From positions 1 to 64,000 of IMG/VR virus record IMGVR_UViG_2906626472_000001: a DNA stretch of 64,000 nucleotides, one strand, 5' to 3'. Shown in pieces: positions 30,813 to 40,844 of the stretch. Source of the DNA: a virus. Lineage: Duplodnaviria; Caudoviricetes. The notes beneath the pieces were generated by a model. The model was not told where the DNA came from, made no database searches, and saw only the letters and a program-made list of their open reading frames with translations. Both the position numbers and the translations under genes were made by a program. Position 1 is the first letter of the stretch; each line of letters opens with the position of its first letter.

Positions 30813-30947
30813 TGCATTTTCCTGGTAAGTTTGCAGTCAAGCAAACGGCCGGACAGCATGAGCCACCCGGCCGGAGCGCTTACAGCTCGGCGACCGCCTT
30901 GCGGAGGTCATCGAGCGACATGTTGGAGAGCTTCTCCATTTGTGCTC

Positions 30948-31412
30948 TCAGTCCTTGATGATTTCTTTGATGGATGCGTTGGCGACGAAGCCGAGGAAGC
31001 CGTCCTCGGACTCGACCATCACGCGCTTGTCGAGGTCGTCATTGTCGACGTCGCCGACCGTGTAGATGCCGTCAGGGGCATCCTCGTCCCCTTCGACGCG
31101 GACCTGGTCGCCGGGGCTGACGATCAGGATCTTGGTGGCCTCGGGTTCAGCCGTGGCCCTTTGCTGCCAAGCCGAAGGCATCTGCTCGCCGTCGACGAAC
31201 AGGCCATCCTCGCTGAGGACAGCCCGCCCATCGGTGGCGTCGTTCACCGCCACCCGAACGTCCGCAAGGCGAACAAGCTCGTTCTCGTCCTCGCACCCCT
31301 CACCGAGTCGGCTCTTTATCTGCTCGAATGCGGGATGATCCACCGCCAGGGTCCATGGCCGACCCTGTGCGATGAAGAAGATCGATGTGTCAGTGATGAC
31401 GCTGGCAATCAT
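30948..31412 (-). CDS. Short protein resembling the rIIB N-terminus
   Basis: Directly downstream of the rIIA-like gene; DHPAFEQIK...L motif. Confidence 0.5.
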   Translation of the reverse strand: MIASVITDTSIFFIAQGRPWTLAVDHPAFEQIKSRLGEGCEDENELVRLADVRVAVNDATDGRAVLSEDGLFVDGEQMPSAWQQRATAEPEATKILIVSPGDQVRVEGDEDAPDGIYTVGDVDNDDLDKRVMVESEDGFLGFVANASIKEIIKD

Positions 31413-31431
31413 GTTGCGCTCCGGTTTCGTG

Positions 31432-33558
31432 TTAGGCAGCCTGATCGAGTTCAGCGCCGGTGAACTCGACCTCTTCGTTGTCGTTCGCAGCCGCCGGGCG
31501 AGACAGCAGCTCGAAGTAGTGTTCGAGCTTGGCAATCTTCTCGGTGTTGCGATGGGAGTAGTAGGTGTGCTGTTCGACGATGGCCTTGAGCAGCATGTAC
31601 TCGCCGCACAGGACCTCGAACCGCTTGCTGATCGCCGCGATCGGGCAAGCCACGTCTGGCTTGTTGACCTCGACGCCGACCTTCTTGAGAGCAGCGAACG
31701 CCTTATCGCTGTCGGTCGATGCGGTGGAGTTGCTCTCAAGCTGAGCGTAGAGGGTTTTCAGATCCTCGTGGAACAGCTTGATGTCTGCCGGAGCCTTGGC
31801 GAAGGGCTCCATCTTCGCCACTTCCTGGAGGTTATGGTTCAGATTGTTGAGCGACTTCTTGTGCAGACCGGTGAACTCGGCGACGTTCACCTTGTCGCGG
31901 ATCGGCTGGATCATGTCGTCGGCGAGCATGGTCCAGTCACCTTGCACGACCTGGTCCTGGCTCTTCACCAGAATGACCGTGCCAACCTCGATCAGACCAA
32001 ACTCGAACGCGGTCATCACGAAGCCCTCGACATCGCTGAACGAGATCGAGGCGGTCTGGCTGCCGTGTAGGCGGTAGAAGTCGTTCGAGCCACCGCGACG
32101 CCGGGTGTAGCTCGGGAACTGCTCCACCATCAGGCCACCCTCGGCCAGGTCGACGTCCTGGGTGAGGCGCTGCAGCCGACCACCGGACGTGACCATGATG
32201 GTCTTGCGCTTGCGGATCGTCTTGCTGACGCGCTTGGTCACCGGCACCTTGAAGGTGTCCAGCTCGATGACCTCGGGATTGCCGAGGGCAGCCAGAACAT
32301 CGTCGCGGAACAGGCGCTTGCAGCGGACCCAGAGGACCTTCTTCCCGACCAGCTGAGCCATGTGGAAGCGGCTCAGCGAGTAGCTCGGGTTGTGCTCGAT
32401 GACGACCGTGGCATCGGCCGCCCACTGGGTGCGGACCGTGGTGTCCTCGAACTTGTCGAACTGCTGCCAGCCCTCGCCGAGGGTGTCCATCTTGCAGTTG
32501 GCCTTCGACAGGGTCTCGGTGATGCGCAGGCCCTGCCAGTCGACGATGCTCCGCAGCCGCTCAGTGCGGGACCGGCCGAGCGTCTCCGTCTCCTTCTCGA
32601 AGATGGCGGCGGCTTCAAACAGGGTCTCGGCCGCGTCCACCTTCTCGCGCAGCTGCTCGATGAAGCTGTCCTCATACTGCTTGACGAGGGACTTCAGCGT
32701 CGTCTTGGTCGTCTCGTCGTAGGCCAGCTCTTCGCGGGACAGGATGACCTTCAGCGAGCCGATCGGCGCATCGAACAGGACGACGTCGTCGTAGTCGAGG
32801 AAGCCGCTGGTCTCGACCTGGTCGAGATCGAACGGATACATCACGCAGCCCATGCGAACGCGGGGGCCGTAGAAGGGGACCGAGCCTTCCTTGTACTTGG
32901 TCCAGTTGTCGCCCTCGCTGAGCACGACCGGCTCCTTCCAGGTCACCGCACCCTCGGGGAAAATCGTCGGGCGGGGTTGGAACGACCAGAGGATGTCGCG
33001 GGCGGCCTTGGCGAAGCCTTCGATGTCGTCGCGGCGGACAGCGAAGGAAACCTCCATGCCGTTCGGCTGATCGGTCGGACCGTCGTGCAGCAGGTCCATC
33101 TTCGGCATGCCGTCGTCGGCAAGCGACATGATGTAGGCCAGCATCCGGCCGTTGTAATACGAGGTGATGTTGTAGCTGCCGGAGCCGGTATCGCCGATCA
33201 GGTAGGCATACGGGCTCTTGGAGCCGATGCCCCAGCCACCAACCTCAGTGTTGGTGTCGCGCTTGGTGGAGGCGTACGGCTTGGCGTAGACGTTCTCCAT
33301 GGCCTCTTCGGACATGCCGGTGCCGTAGTCGCGGATGCGGAAGACCGGGTTGAGGCGGGTTGGAAGGTGAACCTCGAAATTGCCGCGGGCGACGTCCCAG
33401 GCGTTGGTCGACAGCTCGCGCATCGGATAGCCGATCTTGTCCTTCGCCAGACCGGAGAACGTGGCGTAGAAGGCCACCGCGTTGGTCTCGAACGCGACCT
33501 TGATCTCCTTCTTGACGCCGGTTGCGATGTGGGCGTGCTGCTTCATTCCAAGCTTCAT
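31432..33558 (-). CDS. rIIA-like protein with GHKL ATPase N-terminus
   Basis: RELSTNAWD, IRDYGTGMS, STKR...GGWGIGSKSPYAY and SREELAYDETT. Confidence 0.8.
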   Translation of the reverse strand: MKLGMKQHAHIATGVKKEIKVAFETNAVAFYATFSGLAKDKIGYPMRELSTNAWDVARGNFEVHLPTRLNPVFRIRDYGTGMSEEAMENVYAKPYASTKRDTNTEVGGWGIGSKSPYAYLIGDTGSGSYNITSYYNGRMLAYIMSLADDGMPKMDLLHDGPTDQPNGMEVSFAVRRDDIEGFAKAARDILWSFQPRPTIFPEGAVTWKEPVVLSEGDNWTKYKEGSVPFYGPRVRMGCVMYPFDLDQVETSGFLDYDDVVLFDAPIGSLKVILSREELAYDETTKTTLKSLVKQYEDSFIEQLREKVDAAETLFEAAAIFEKETETLGRSRTERLRSIVDWQGLRITETLSKANCKMDTLGEGWQQFDKFEDTTVRTQWAADATVVIEHNPSYSLSRFHMAQLVGKKVLWVRCKRLFRDDVLAALGNPEVIELDTFKVPVTKRVSKTIRKRKTIMVTSGGRLQRLTQDVDLAEGGLMVEQFPSYTRRRGGSNDFYRLHGSQTASISFSDVEGFVMTAFEFGLIEVGTVILVKSQDQVVQGDWTMLADDMIQPIRDKVNVAEFTGLHKKSLNNLNHNLQEVAKMEPFAKAPADIKLFHEDLKTLYAQLESNSTASTDSDKAFAALKKVGVEVNKPDVACPIAAISKRFEVLCGEYMLLKAIVEQHTYYSHRNTEKIAKLEHYFELLSRPAAANDNEEVEFTGAELDQAA

Positions 33559-33588
33559 TGGGTGTGTTCCTTGCTGGTGTTGGTTGGA

Positions 33589-34557
33589 TCAGGCAGCGCC
33601 TGAGAGGAGGTCGTCGAACAGGGAGCCGAAGGCGTCTCCCGTGTCGTCATCGTGTTCGTGGATCGCGTCGTGGAGCTGGTCGAAGGTGAAGCCCTTGTTC
33701 TCCAGGAAGGCGGAGACCTTCTCCGGGTACCAGTAGACGAGGTCGCGCAGCGTCTCTTCACGACGACGCAGGCGACGGAGGCCAAGACCAGAGCCGGTCG
33801 GCTTCTTGATCTTCGGCTTCACCGGGGCAAAAGGGTCGCGTTCAATCACCAGCTTGGACTGGTCGAACTTGACCATGTGGTCGCGCAACTCGATCAGGTG
33901 GCCGACATCGAGCGCCTCGTGGGGATGGTGCTCGTTGTAATAGCCGACCGAGAGGTTCGTGCATTCCTGCACCAGGTGCATGTATTGCTTGGTGTCGGTG
34001 ACGAAGCCGGTGTCGTCTAGCCGATAGCGCGACGGCAACATCGGCTGCATCGACTTGGCAAAGGCGTCCGAGCAGCAGCGCTGCCGCTGGTGGGTGATGA
34101 TCGAGTCGATGCCCTTGCGATCGAAGGCGATGGCCGCCTCGATGCTGATCAGCCGGCCCGGCTCGTTCTCTGCGATTGCCCGCGATCCCTGGCAGCCGAT
34201 CTCTTCCGCGTCGTGGAAGATGTACATGCCCGGTACCTTGGCCTTGATCATCTCGATCATGATCCAGACGCCGGCAGCGCAGTCAGCGCCGAGGCAGCTG
34301 GACTTCGAGTTGACCGTAAGCGTGATGAACTTGCCGTCGAAATCGACCCGCTGGTATCCCTCGGAACGATGGACGCTGTCCGTGTGCGAGGACCACAGCA
34401 CGGTCGGGACCTCGCCGATCGTCAGGCACCAGTTGCCGTGCTTGTCGCGCTTGGCGCCGGTAGGGACGATGAACTTCTCGATGAAGGCCTTCTCGGTCGC
34501 CGACCGGGCAGGGCGCCGGTAGGACAGCATGGCGATGATGGTTTCGAGATCAGACAT
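33589..34557 (-). CDS. M20/M28-family zinc peptidase-like protein
   Basis: SHTDSVH, LGADCAAG, AEEIG, AFDRKG and NLSVGYYNEH. Confidence 0.8.
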   Translation of the reverse strand: MSDLETIIAMLSYRRPARSATEKAFIEKFIVPTGAKRDKHGNWCLTIGEVPTVLWSSHTDSVHRSEGYQRVDFDGKFITLTVNSKSSCLGADCAAGVWIMIEMIKAKVPGMYIFHDAEEIGCQGSRAIAENEPGRLISIEAAIAFDRKGIDSIITHQRQRCCSDAFAKSMQPMLPSRYRLDDTGFVTDTKQYMHLVQECTNLSVGYYNEHHPHEALDVGHLIELRDHMVKFDQSKLVIERDPFAPVKPKIKKPTGSGLGLRRLRRREETLRDLVYWYPEKVSAFLENKGFTFDQLHDAIHEHDDDTGDAFGSLFDDLLSGAA

Positions 34558-34566
34558 AGTGCTTCC

Positions 34567-35925
34567 TTAGGCCACGCGACGGTGACGATTGAGTAGGAGG
34601 TCAGACGTGGAGAGGGCGCCCGGCCGCGGACGCATCATCAGATCGGCGAAGGCATCGGCTCGATCGTCATCGTTGTCGTGGGCAACGCTCTTGTGCATGC
34701 GCTGCCCGTCCTTCTCGACGAACTCAGCCTTCGGCCAGTTCTTGCCCGACACCGTGCAGAACTCGCCGTGCTGTTCGAAGTGCTCCTTCGACCAGTACCG
34801 GCCATCTCCCATGATGACCTTGAAGTCGTTGGACCAGTGCTTGCCGGTGCCGCGGCAGACGAACGCCTCGTAACGGACAGCTTCTGGCGACCACATCTCG
34901 TCCGCACCGAGGACGAAGATCATGTCCGTGGTCTTGGCCGGCACGTTCTTACGCGGACACATGGTGTGCAACACCGCCGTGCCATCGTCAGAACTACCGC
35001 TCACGATCCAGGTCTTGCCCGGCTCGCCCTGTTCCGCCGTGACGAAGTGGTCGCCCATGTCGATGGCGACCTTGATGTCGTCGAAGTACGGCATCACGTA
35101 TTCGTCTTCGTGGTTTTCGGTCGGGATCTTCAGGAGCTTGGCGCCGACGAAGACCTGGAGCTTCTTGTTGCCGTGGACCGTGTTGTCGTCACGCATCCAG
35201 GTGTAGCCCTCGGCCTCCAGGGCAGCCTTCATGCGCTGGAAGTCGCCGTAGACGCGGCCGAACAGCTTCTTCTCAGGCCAGCAGAGTGCGCGGGACTGGA
35301 TGCGCCCGTCGCTGTTCTTGGTGTAGGCCACAGCCAGATCGCCGCCAGCGTATGGCGCAGACGGCCACGCCGGCAGGTCTTCGAAGTCGGCGGCATGCTT
35401 GCCGCTCATGCAGGACTCGGGACCGTCGCGGTAAATCCACTCGATGTCTTCCTCGCTGGTGGCGAAGTAGACCTCACCGCTTGGATCGATCGCAGCGATC
35501 AGGTGCCGGCGCCGGTTGTCGTCGATATCCGGATAGAAGCGGGTGAGATAGCGACCAGGCGTGAGCACGGTCGGCTTGTTGATGATGCCGTTCTCCTCGG
35601 ACTCGATGAAGCCGATCAGGCTGTTGTCGATCGTCGCGAGGTGGGCGAAATGATCCTTGATGGGCTCCAAGTCCCACTTCGGTGGAAGTGGAAGCAGCTG
35701 GCCATCCTCGAAGCGCTTCAGCATGGCTGCGCGCCAGTCGCCGGCCTGTGCAATGCGCCGACACTGGACCTTGGCGCCAGTGGCAGTCGCGGCAGTCTTG
35801 GACGCCTTCGCTGCATCGGCGCCCTTGGGGAATGTGCCGTAGTCCGGCAGCGGCGTCTCGACCAGGTTGCCGTTCTCGTCGCGGTCCAACCGAACCAGGT
35901 AGAACATCGTTTGCTCCGTTTGCAT
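34567..35925 (-). CDS. Conserved phage hypothetical protein
   Basis: PGRYL, GPESCMS, SRALCW and YVMPYFD motifs. Confidence 0.7.
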   Translation of the reverse strand: MQTEQTMFYLVRLDRDENGNLVETPLPDYGTFPKGADAAKASKTAATATGAKVQCRRIAQAGDWRAAMLKRFEDGQLLPLPPKWDLEPIKDHFAHLATIDNSLIGFIESEENGIINKPTVLTPGRYLTRFYPDIDDNRRRHLIAAIDPSGEVYFATSEEDIEWIYRDGPESCMSGKHAADFEDLPAWPSAPYAGGDLAVAYTKNSDGRIQSRALCWPEKKLFGRVYGDFQRMKAALEAEGYTWMRDDNTVHGNKKLQVFVGAKLLKIPTENHEDEYVMPYFDDIKVAIDMGDHFVTAEQGEPGKTWIVSGSSDDGTAVLHTMCPRKNVPAKTTDMIFVLGADEMWSPEAVRYEAFVCRGTGKHWSNDFKVIMGDGRYWSKEHFEQHGEFCTVSGKNWPKAEFVEKDGQRMHKSVAHDNDDDRADAFADLMMRPRPGALSTSDLLLNRHRRVA

Positions 35926-36624
35926 TCATGCATGTCGTTGGACATGGCTTTCTCGTCATTTCCCGCGGAGGAACCAATTTTCCTCCGCAGTCGGAGGCTT
36001 GCTCTATGTTTGCATTCAAGCAAGCAGAAAAGCAAGCCAAATCTGCGGCCCCCGTATTGGGCCGTACCTGTAGGTCTATCCCGTGAATTGAAAAGGCGAA
36101 GCCAATAGATGGCGTCGCCGAATTTGAGGACAATCATTTTTGACGCTCGCACTGTTACTCTTTTGGGGTTCTTGCCGCCCCGTGTTCTTGTCCAAAAGAG
36201 TGGGTTTCAAAATCGTAATGCCTTTTCAGTCGCGTTTTGCAGGTTCAGTCTCCGGCTCGTTACCGCACTAGCCAGCTCTCCTAGTTCAGTCCTCCTTGTC
36301 GACGTAATCGATGATGAATGATGCAAGGCCATCCTTGTGGGCTGCGTCGCAGACCGCATAGATGTCGTCGTACTGGCCGTGCCAGCGTTTCCCGGGCCAC
36401 TTTGCCCGAAGAGTCTTTCCGTTCAGCCTGGCGTAGAGCACAGGCTTGCCGGTTTGTTCGTCAGAGTCCGCGGACATGGTCGATGCCGTAGTTGCGGAGC
36501 TGATCGCGGAGCGAGGCAACCACCATGTCGTCCTCGATGGGATCTTCGAGGCGGAGGAGAAGCGCGCCTGTGCGGACAGCCTTCTCGCGCTCGGCGTGGC
36601 GTTGTGTCGTCCTGGTCTGTTTGG

Positions 36625-37314
36625 TCATACGTCGTTCCAATCGATGGTGATGTTGGCGACCTCGTCGATCAGCAGTGCTCGGCCGCCGAAAAAAGCGACA
36701 GCCTTTGCGATGTGCGAAAGGACAGCGGTTTTGGGTTTGCTCTGGAAGTAGTGGCCGGTGCCCAGCTCCCGGTCGATGCCGGTCAGGCTGATGCCGTCCT
36801 CTTCACAGCGGGTGATGATGGAGTCCACGACCGGGTTGCCGGTCCTGGTCAGCTTGCGATCTGATTTCGGGCCGGTCGGCTTGTGCGTCAGCGGGACATA
36901 GGTCAGCCCCATCTTTCGCCGTTGCCATTGAATGCTCTTTACCGTCCGGCCCGGGATCAGCTCCATGAGCTGTCGTGCCGTCTTGTTTGGGTGGTTGCGG
37001 ATGACGTCCAGCTCACTGTCGAGCCAGAGCTTGATGATGCCGAGCCGGAGGCTTCGGGCCGAGATGGCCCTCTGCGTTCTTCCCGGCAGCAGCCTCGTCA
37101 GCTCCTTCGCCGAGAGGACTCTGTTATCCTTGAGGATGGCGTCCTCTTCAGGTCGCCACTCTTCACCTAACCTCTCGGCACCAGAATTTCTCGAGACAGG
37201 CCGAACATTCAATAACTTCAGATGACCGATCACCTTCTTCGTCGAAGTCGAAGTTGCAGTGGGGGCAATCGAAGTGGGTTCGGATGTAGCCAAGGCAGTG
37301 TTCAAGGTTCTCAC
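36625..37314 (-). CDS. Myb/SANT-like repeat DNA-binding protein (start uncertain)
   Basis: Two W..EE/ELD.I...L..L.PGRT..I..R...LG/MG repeats. Confidence 0.65.
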   Translation of the reverse strand: MRTLNTALATSEPTSIAPTATSTSTKKVIGHLKLLNVRPVSRNSGAERLGEEWRPEEDAILKDNRVLSAKELTRLLPGRTQRAISARSLRLGIIKLWLDSELDVIRNHPNKTARQLMELIPGRTVKSIQWQRRKMGLTYVPLTHKPTGPKSDRKLTRTGNPVVDSIITRCEEDGISLTGIDRELGTGHYFQSKPKTAVLSHIAKAVAFFGGRALLIDEVANITIDWNDV

Positions 37315-38042
37315 GGTCGGTGCTCACGCTGGTTCTCGTTTCATCGCATCGACAAAGCGACGCTCGCTCCGTCGATCGAGCCCGCGCCGTGTCTTTGCGA
37401 ATGGTTCTGGGTGGCGCTTCCAGGTGCTGTTCTCCAGCAGGAAGCGGAAGGCTGCGCCCAGCTTGCGCTGAGCGGGAGGCCCCTTGTCACTGGGGTGGCG
37501 GAGCCTCAGGTATCGCAGTTTCATGGAGCCCATTGTTTCCCTCCAATCGACAAGCCAGCTTCGGCTCGCCCTTGTCGTAAGAACCGGTCGGGACCTGCAC
37601 GAGCTTCAGCGGCTTCGGGCAGCCGACCTCCCAATTGCCGCACTCCTCGCAGACGCCACTGCGTCCGCAGGAATATCGGTTGGTGACTTGGGTGCAGACC
37701 TTGCGGGGAAGCGGCATGTCGCTGCCGCCCTCCTCGCACCCTGCCAGCAGCAGGGCGATCAGGATGACGGCGCGCTTCATGCGACAGCCCTCCGCCTCAC
37801 CGTGTCGGTGATGCAGTCGTACTCGATCGGGTTGTGATCCTTCAGGAACTGAAGGGCTTTCTGGTGATATTCGCTGCCGGCATCAGCGTAGGTGATGACG
37901 AACCGCCAAGCCTCGATGTCGCTCTTGAACTTGTCGAGTTCGTCACATTTCTGAAGCTGCCACGGACCGTTCTCACTGCCGTAGCATTCGCAAATGCACC
38001 AGCCCTCGTCGATCGCCCGATTGTTGTCGAACGCTGTGACGG

Positions 38043-38432
38043 TCATGCTGCCTCCAGATGCGGGATCTCGTGGCGATAGAATTGCGGCTTCGGCGCCTCG
38101 TACCAGAACGCCACACGCGGCGGCTCCTCGTAGACCGCAATGACGATCGGGTTGGCGTTGCGATACCAACGTGCTGCCTTGCGCAGTGTGCGTCCGCTTT
38201 CGCGGGCGGTGTCGATGATGAGGAGCCTGAATTTCTCGGGGCACAGCTGGCCGTACGGGATGAACGGGATGTGCAGCATGTGCGAGGTGTAGACCGCGGC
38301 GATAGCGCCGGACCGGCCAGGCCCCGTGACTGCGCCAACGCTGTCGACGTTGTGCTCCTGAAGGGCGATGCGCAGCTGAGAGGCAAACTCTTCTTCGCTG
38401 ACGATGCGGACAGTTCTTCTCGGGCTAGTCAT
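38043..38432 (-). CDS. Phosphoribosyltransferase-like protein
   Basis: GPGRSGAIAA and LLIIDTARESGRTL (PRPP-loop-like); VAFWYE. Confidence 0.6.
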   Translation of the reverse strand: MTSPRRTVRIVSEEEFASQLRIALQEHNVDSVGAVTGPGRSGAIAAVYTSHMLHIPFIPYGQLCPEKFRLLIIDTARESGRTLRKAARWYRNANPIVIAVYEEPPRVAFWYEAPKPQFYRHEIPHLEAA

Positions 38433-38706
38433 TGTGCGGCTCCTGGTCGGCGCTGAGTTCGTTGGTGAGGACTTGTTCCGGAAAGTCGGGCGGCAGGCCG
38501 TACGCTTGCAGCGCCAGCTCGACGATCGGCTGAAACTCTGGTGGAGCGAGCTGTGGCGACTCGCAGATGAGGTTGATCAATTGGCGCGATGCTTCGAACG
38601 CATCGAACGCCTGGACGATCTGGGCATCGCTTCCCAATCTTCTCGGCATGTGATCCTCGGAGGTAGCGGACCCGCCTCCCGAAGGAGACGGGCCGCATTG
38701 GCTGGC

Positions 38707-39645
38707 TCAGTAGCGAACGTGGCTGTTCCACGCCCAATAGGCGGCGGTGCCGTCCTTCGGCTGGAGACAGAGCGACTTGGTCGCATCGCGGCGGAGCTTC
38801 GTGACCGTGCATTCACGCACGCCGAAGTCCTTGCGCTTTGCGTAGACGATGTCGCCCACGCGGCGCATGCGGCCGGCGACGTACATCTCGGTCGGCGGAG
38901 CGTTCGGATCGACCTCGGCTTCGGCCTCGTCCGTGCCCTCGACGTCCTCGTCGTCCTCTTCCTCGATCGCCTGCTCGTCGCTCTCGACGCCGCCATCATG
39001 GAAGTCGCTGATGGCCTCGGCCGGCGCCTCGGCGACAACCGGCGGCTCTTCCTTCGCCTGGATGACGACGGGGAAGATGCCGGCGATTTCGTCGATGTTG
39101 GTCTCCTCGGCCGCTGCCGCCTCGCTGGCGTAGAGGTCCGGATCGAGCACGAGGTTGCGACCGTCGCGACCGATCACCACGAACATCGTCCGCGGATACG
39201 GCTGGTCCTGCTCGACCTTGAAGTCGCCGGAGAGCGAGTCGCCGTCCGTGTCGAACTGGTCGATGCGCTGCTCGCCCTGGCTCCAGAAGGAGACCACGAC
39301 CGGATGCAGGCTGCCCTTCAGCACCGTCACGATCGACGGGTTGTCGAGCAGCTCCTGATCGTCATTGGAGTCGACGACCAGGATCGGCAGGTTGAAGTCG
39401 ATCAGGCCGATCGGATACTGCGGGATGGAGGGCGGCGTCTCCGGAGCCGGAGCGGGAGCCTCGGCGGCAGCGGGCGCTTCGGGCGGAAGCACTTCGCCGT
39501 CGAGTGGGGCAGCGACGGTCTCGACGACAGCCAGGGCGACGGGCGCCTCGGCAGCGGCGAGCATCGGCTGCGGTTGCTCCGCCTGCGTCTGGAGCTGGTC
39601 GGCAACAGACGAATAGCGGAAGGGATCGTTGGAGGCAGGGTTCAT
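38707..39645 (-). CDS. Acidic hypothetical protein
   Basis: 312 aa, with an RBS. Confidence 0.65.
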   Translation of the reverse strand: MNPASNDPFRYSSVADQLQTQAEQPQPMLAAAEAPVALAVVETVAAPLDGEVLPPEAPAAAEAPAPAPETPPSIPQYPIGLIDFNLPILVVDSNDDQELLDNPSIVTVLKGSLHPVVVSFWSQGEQRIDQFDTDGDSLSGDFKVEQDQPYPRTMFVVIGRDGRNLVLDPDLYASEAAAAEETNIDEIAGIFPVVIQAKEEPPVVAEAPAEAISDFHDGGVESDEQAIEEEDDEDVEGTDEAEAEVDPNAPPTEMYVAGRMRRVGDIVYAKRKDFGVRECTVTKLRRDATKSLCLQPKDGTAAYWAWNSHVRY

Positions 39646-39767
39646 GTCGTCTTCCTTTTTGGTTGCAAGCCGTCATTGCTCTCACCCCCGTTCGTGAGGG
39701 CGGCTCGCGGGCTCAGAACGGGGGTGTTCTTTGCATCGCTTGCATTCAAGCAAGCGGCAGGGCATGG

Positions 39768-40223
39768 CTACGCCAGCTGGTCTTCCACGAGATGGAAGCC
39801 GCAGGCCCGGTACCAGTCGGGATCGCCTGTGGCGAGAAAGCTGTCGATCGCACAGAGCGCGGCGCCCGGCGTGATGTCCGAGTAGGCCATGTCCTGGATC
39901 TCGTTCTGGTCGGGATAGTACAGCGCGCGGAGGGCAAAGCTGCGGTCGTGCGTGACGTAGCGGCCGGCGGTTGGGCTCGACGTGGTGCGGTCGCGGCTCA
40001 TTGCGGCCCAGACCCAGCCGCCGATGCAGCAGGTGGTGCCGCAGGACGTTTCCGTCTCGGCCTGGTCCATGTTGAAGCCGTCCGGCTTGTCGGCTTCGAG
40101 GGCAGGGTCGTGCTTGAAGACGCCCTTGGCGAACAGGTCGCGGATCTCGAGCAGGGCGCGGTGCTCGCCGGCCGTGATCCGCAGCGCGGGGGCGGAAAGA
40201 ACTATTCTGTGATCGTCGCTCAT
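39768..40223 (-). CDS. Hypothetical protein
   Basis: FNM...CGTTCCIGGW motif common in phage ORFs. Confidence 0.6.
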   Translation of the reverse strand: MSDDHRIVLSAPALRITAGEHRALLEIRDLFAKGVFKHDPALEADKPDGFNMDQAETETSCGTTCCIGGWVWAAMSRDRTTSSPTAGRYVTHDRSFALRALYYPDQNEIQDMAYSDITPGAALCAIDSFLATGDPDWYRACGFHLVEDQLA

Positions 40224-40323
40224 CAAAAACCTCCGTGATTGGGTTGGCGTCCGGATAAGACGTCGCAGGCTCGAATGCAAGCGAAATTTGCAGGAATGCA
40301 AATCCTCTGCTACGGCTCGTTCC

Positions 40324-40767
40324 ATGCAGAAGACCGAGATTGCTTACGGACTCCCTTGGCTCCAATCGAAGCCGGAACGTGCCATTTTTCTGGAACTCGG
40401 TTTTGCCTGTGTGTATGCGGTCGGTCCCACCGGGGGCCGGCCGCTACGCATCAGCTGGGCAAAGCAGCTGCGCGACAAGCTCGTGGACTTGCAGCCCGGA
40501 TGCTGGAAGGAGCTGCAGGTTCATGATGTGCGGTGGACTGCGGGCGACATGCTCGCAATCCGGCTGTTGAACGAAGCGACTGCGCTGCTCGACAAGGCGA
40601 AGCGCAGGCTTACCGGCGATTGGTTTGATGTGACCCCCGAGTTCGCTCAGCAAATCCTGCGCTTCGCCGCCGACAAGAGCGGCATTCCGACCTTCAGCCA
40701 TGCCGAGATGCTCGACAAGGTGAGGGCAGCACGCCGCTCTCGGATCGAAGCAGCCATGAAGTCCTAG
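40324..40767 (+). CDS. T5orf172/GIY-YIG-like domain protein
   Basis: VYAVG...LRISW...LQPG...L.GDWFDV. Confidence 0.55.
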   Translation: MQKTEIAYGLPWLQSKPERAIFLELGFACVYAVGPTGGRPLRISWAKQLRDKLVDLQPGCWKELQVHDVRWTAGDMLAIRLLNEATALLDKAKRRLTGDWFDVTPEFAQQILRFAADKSGIPTFSHAEMLDKVRAARRSRIEAAMKS

Positions 40768-40844
40768 TACCTTGCATCTGTCAGCCGAAATGAGGCGCGG
40801 GAGCGCACAACCCGGGTTTGGCCCGAGTCCGCCGACTTGCGCGG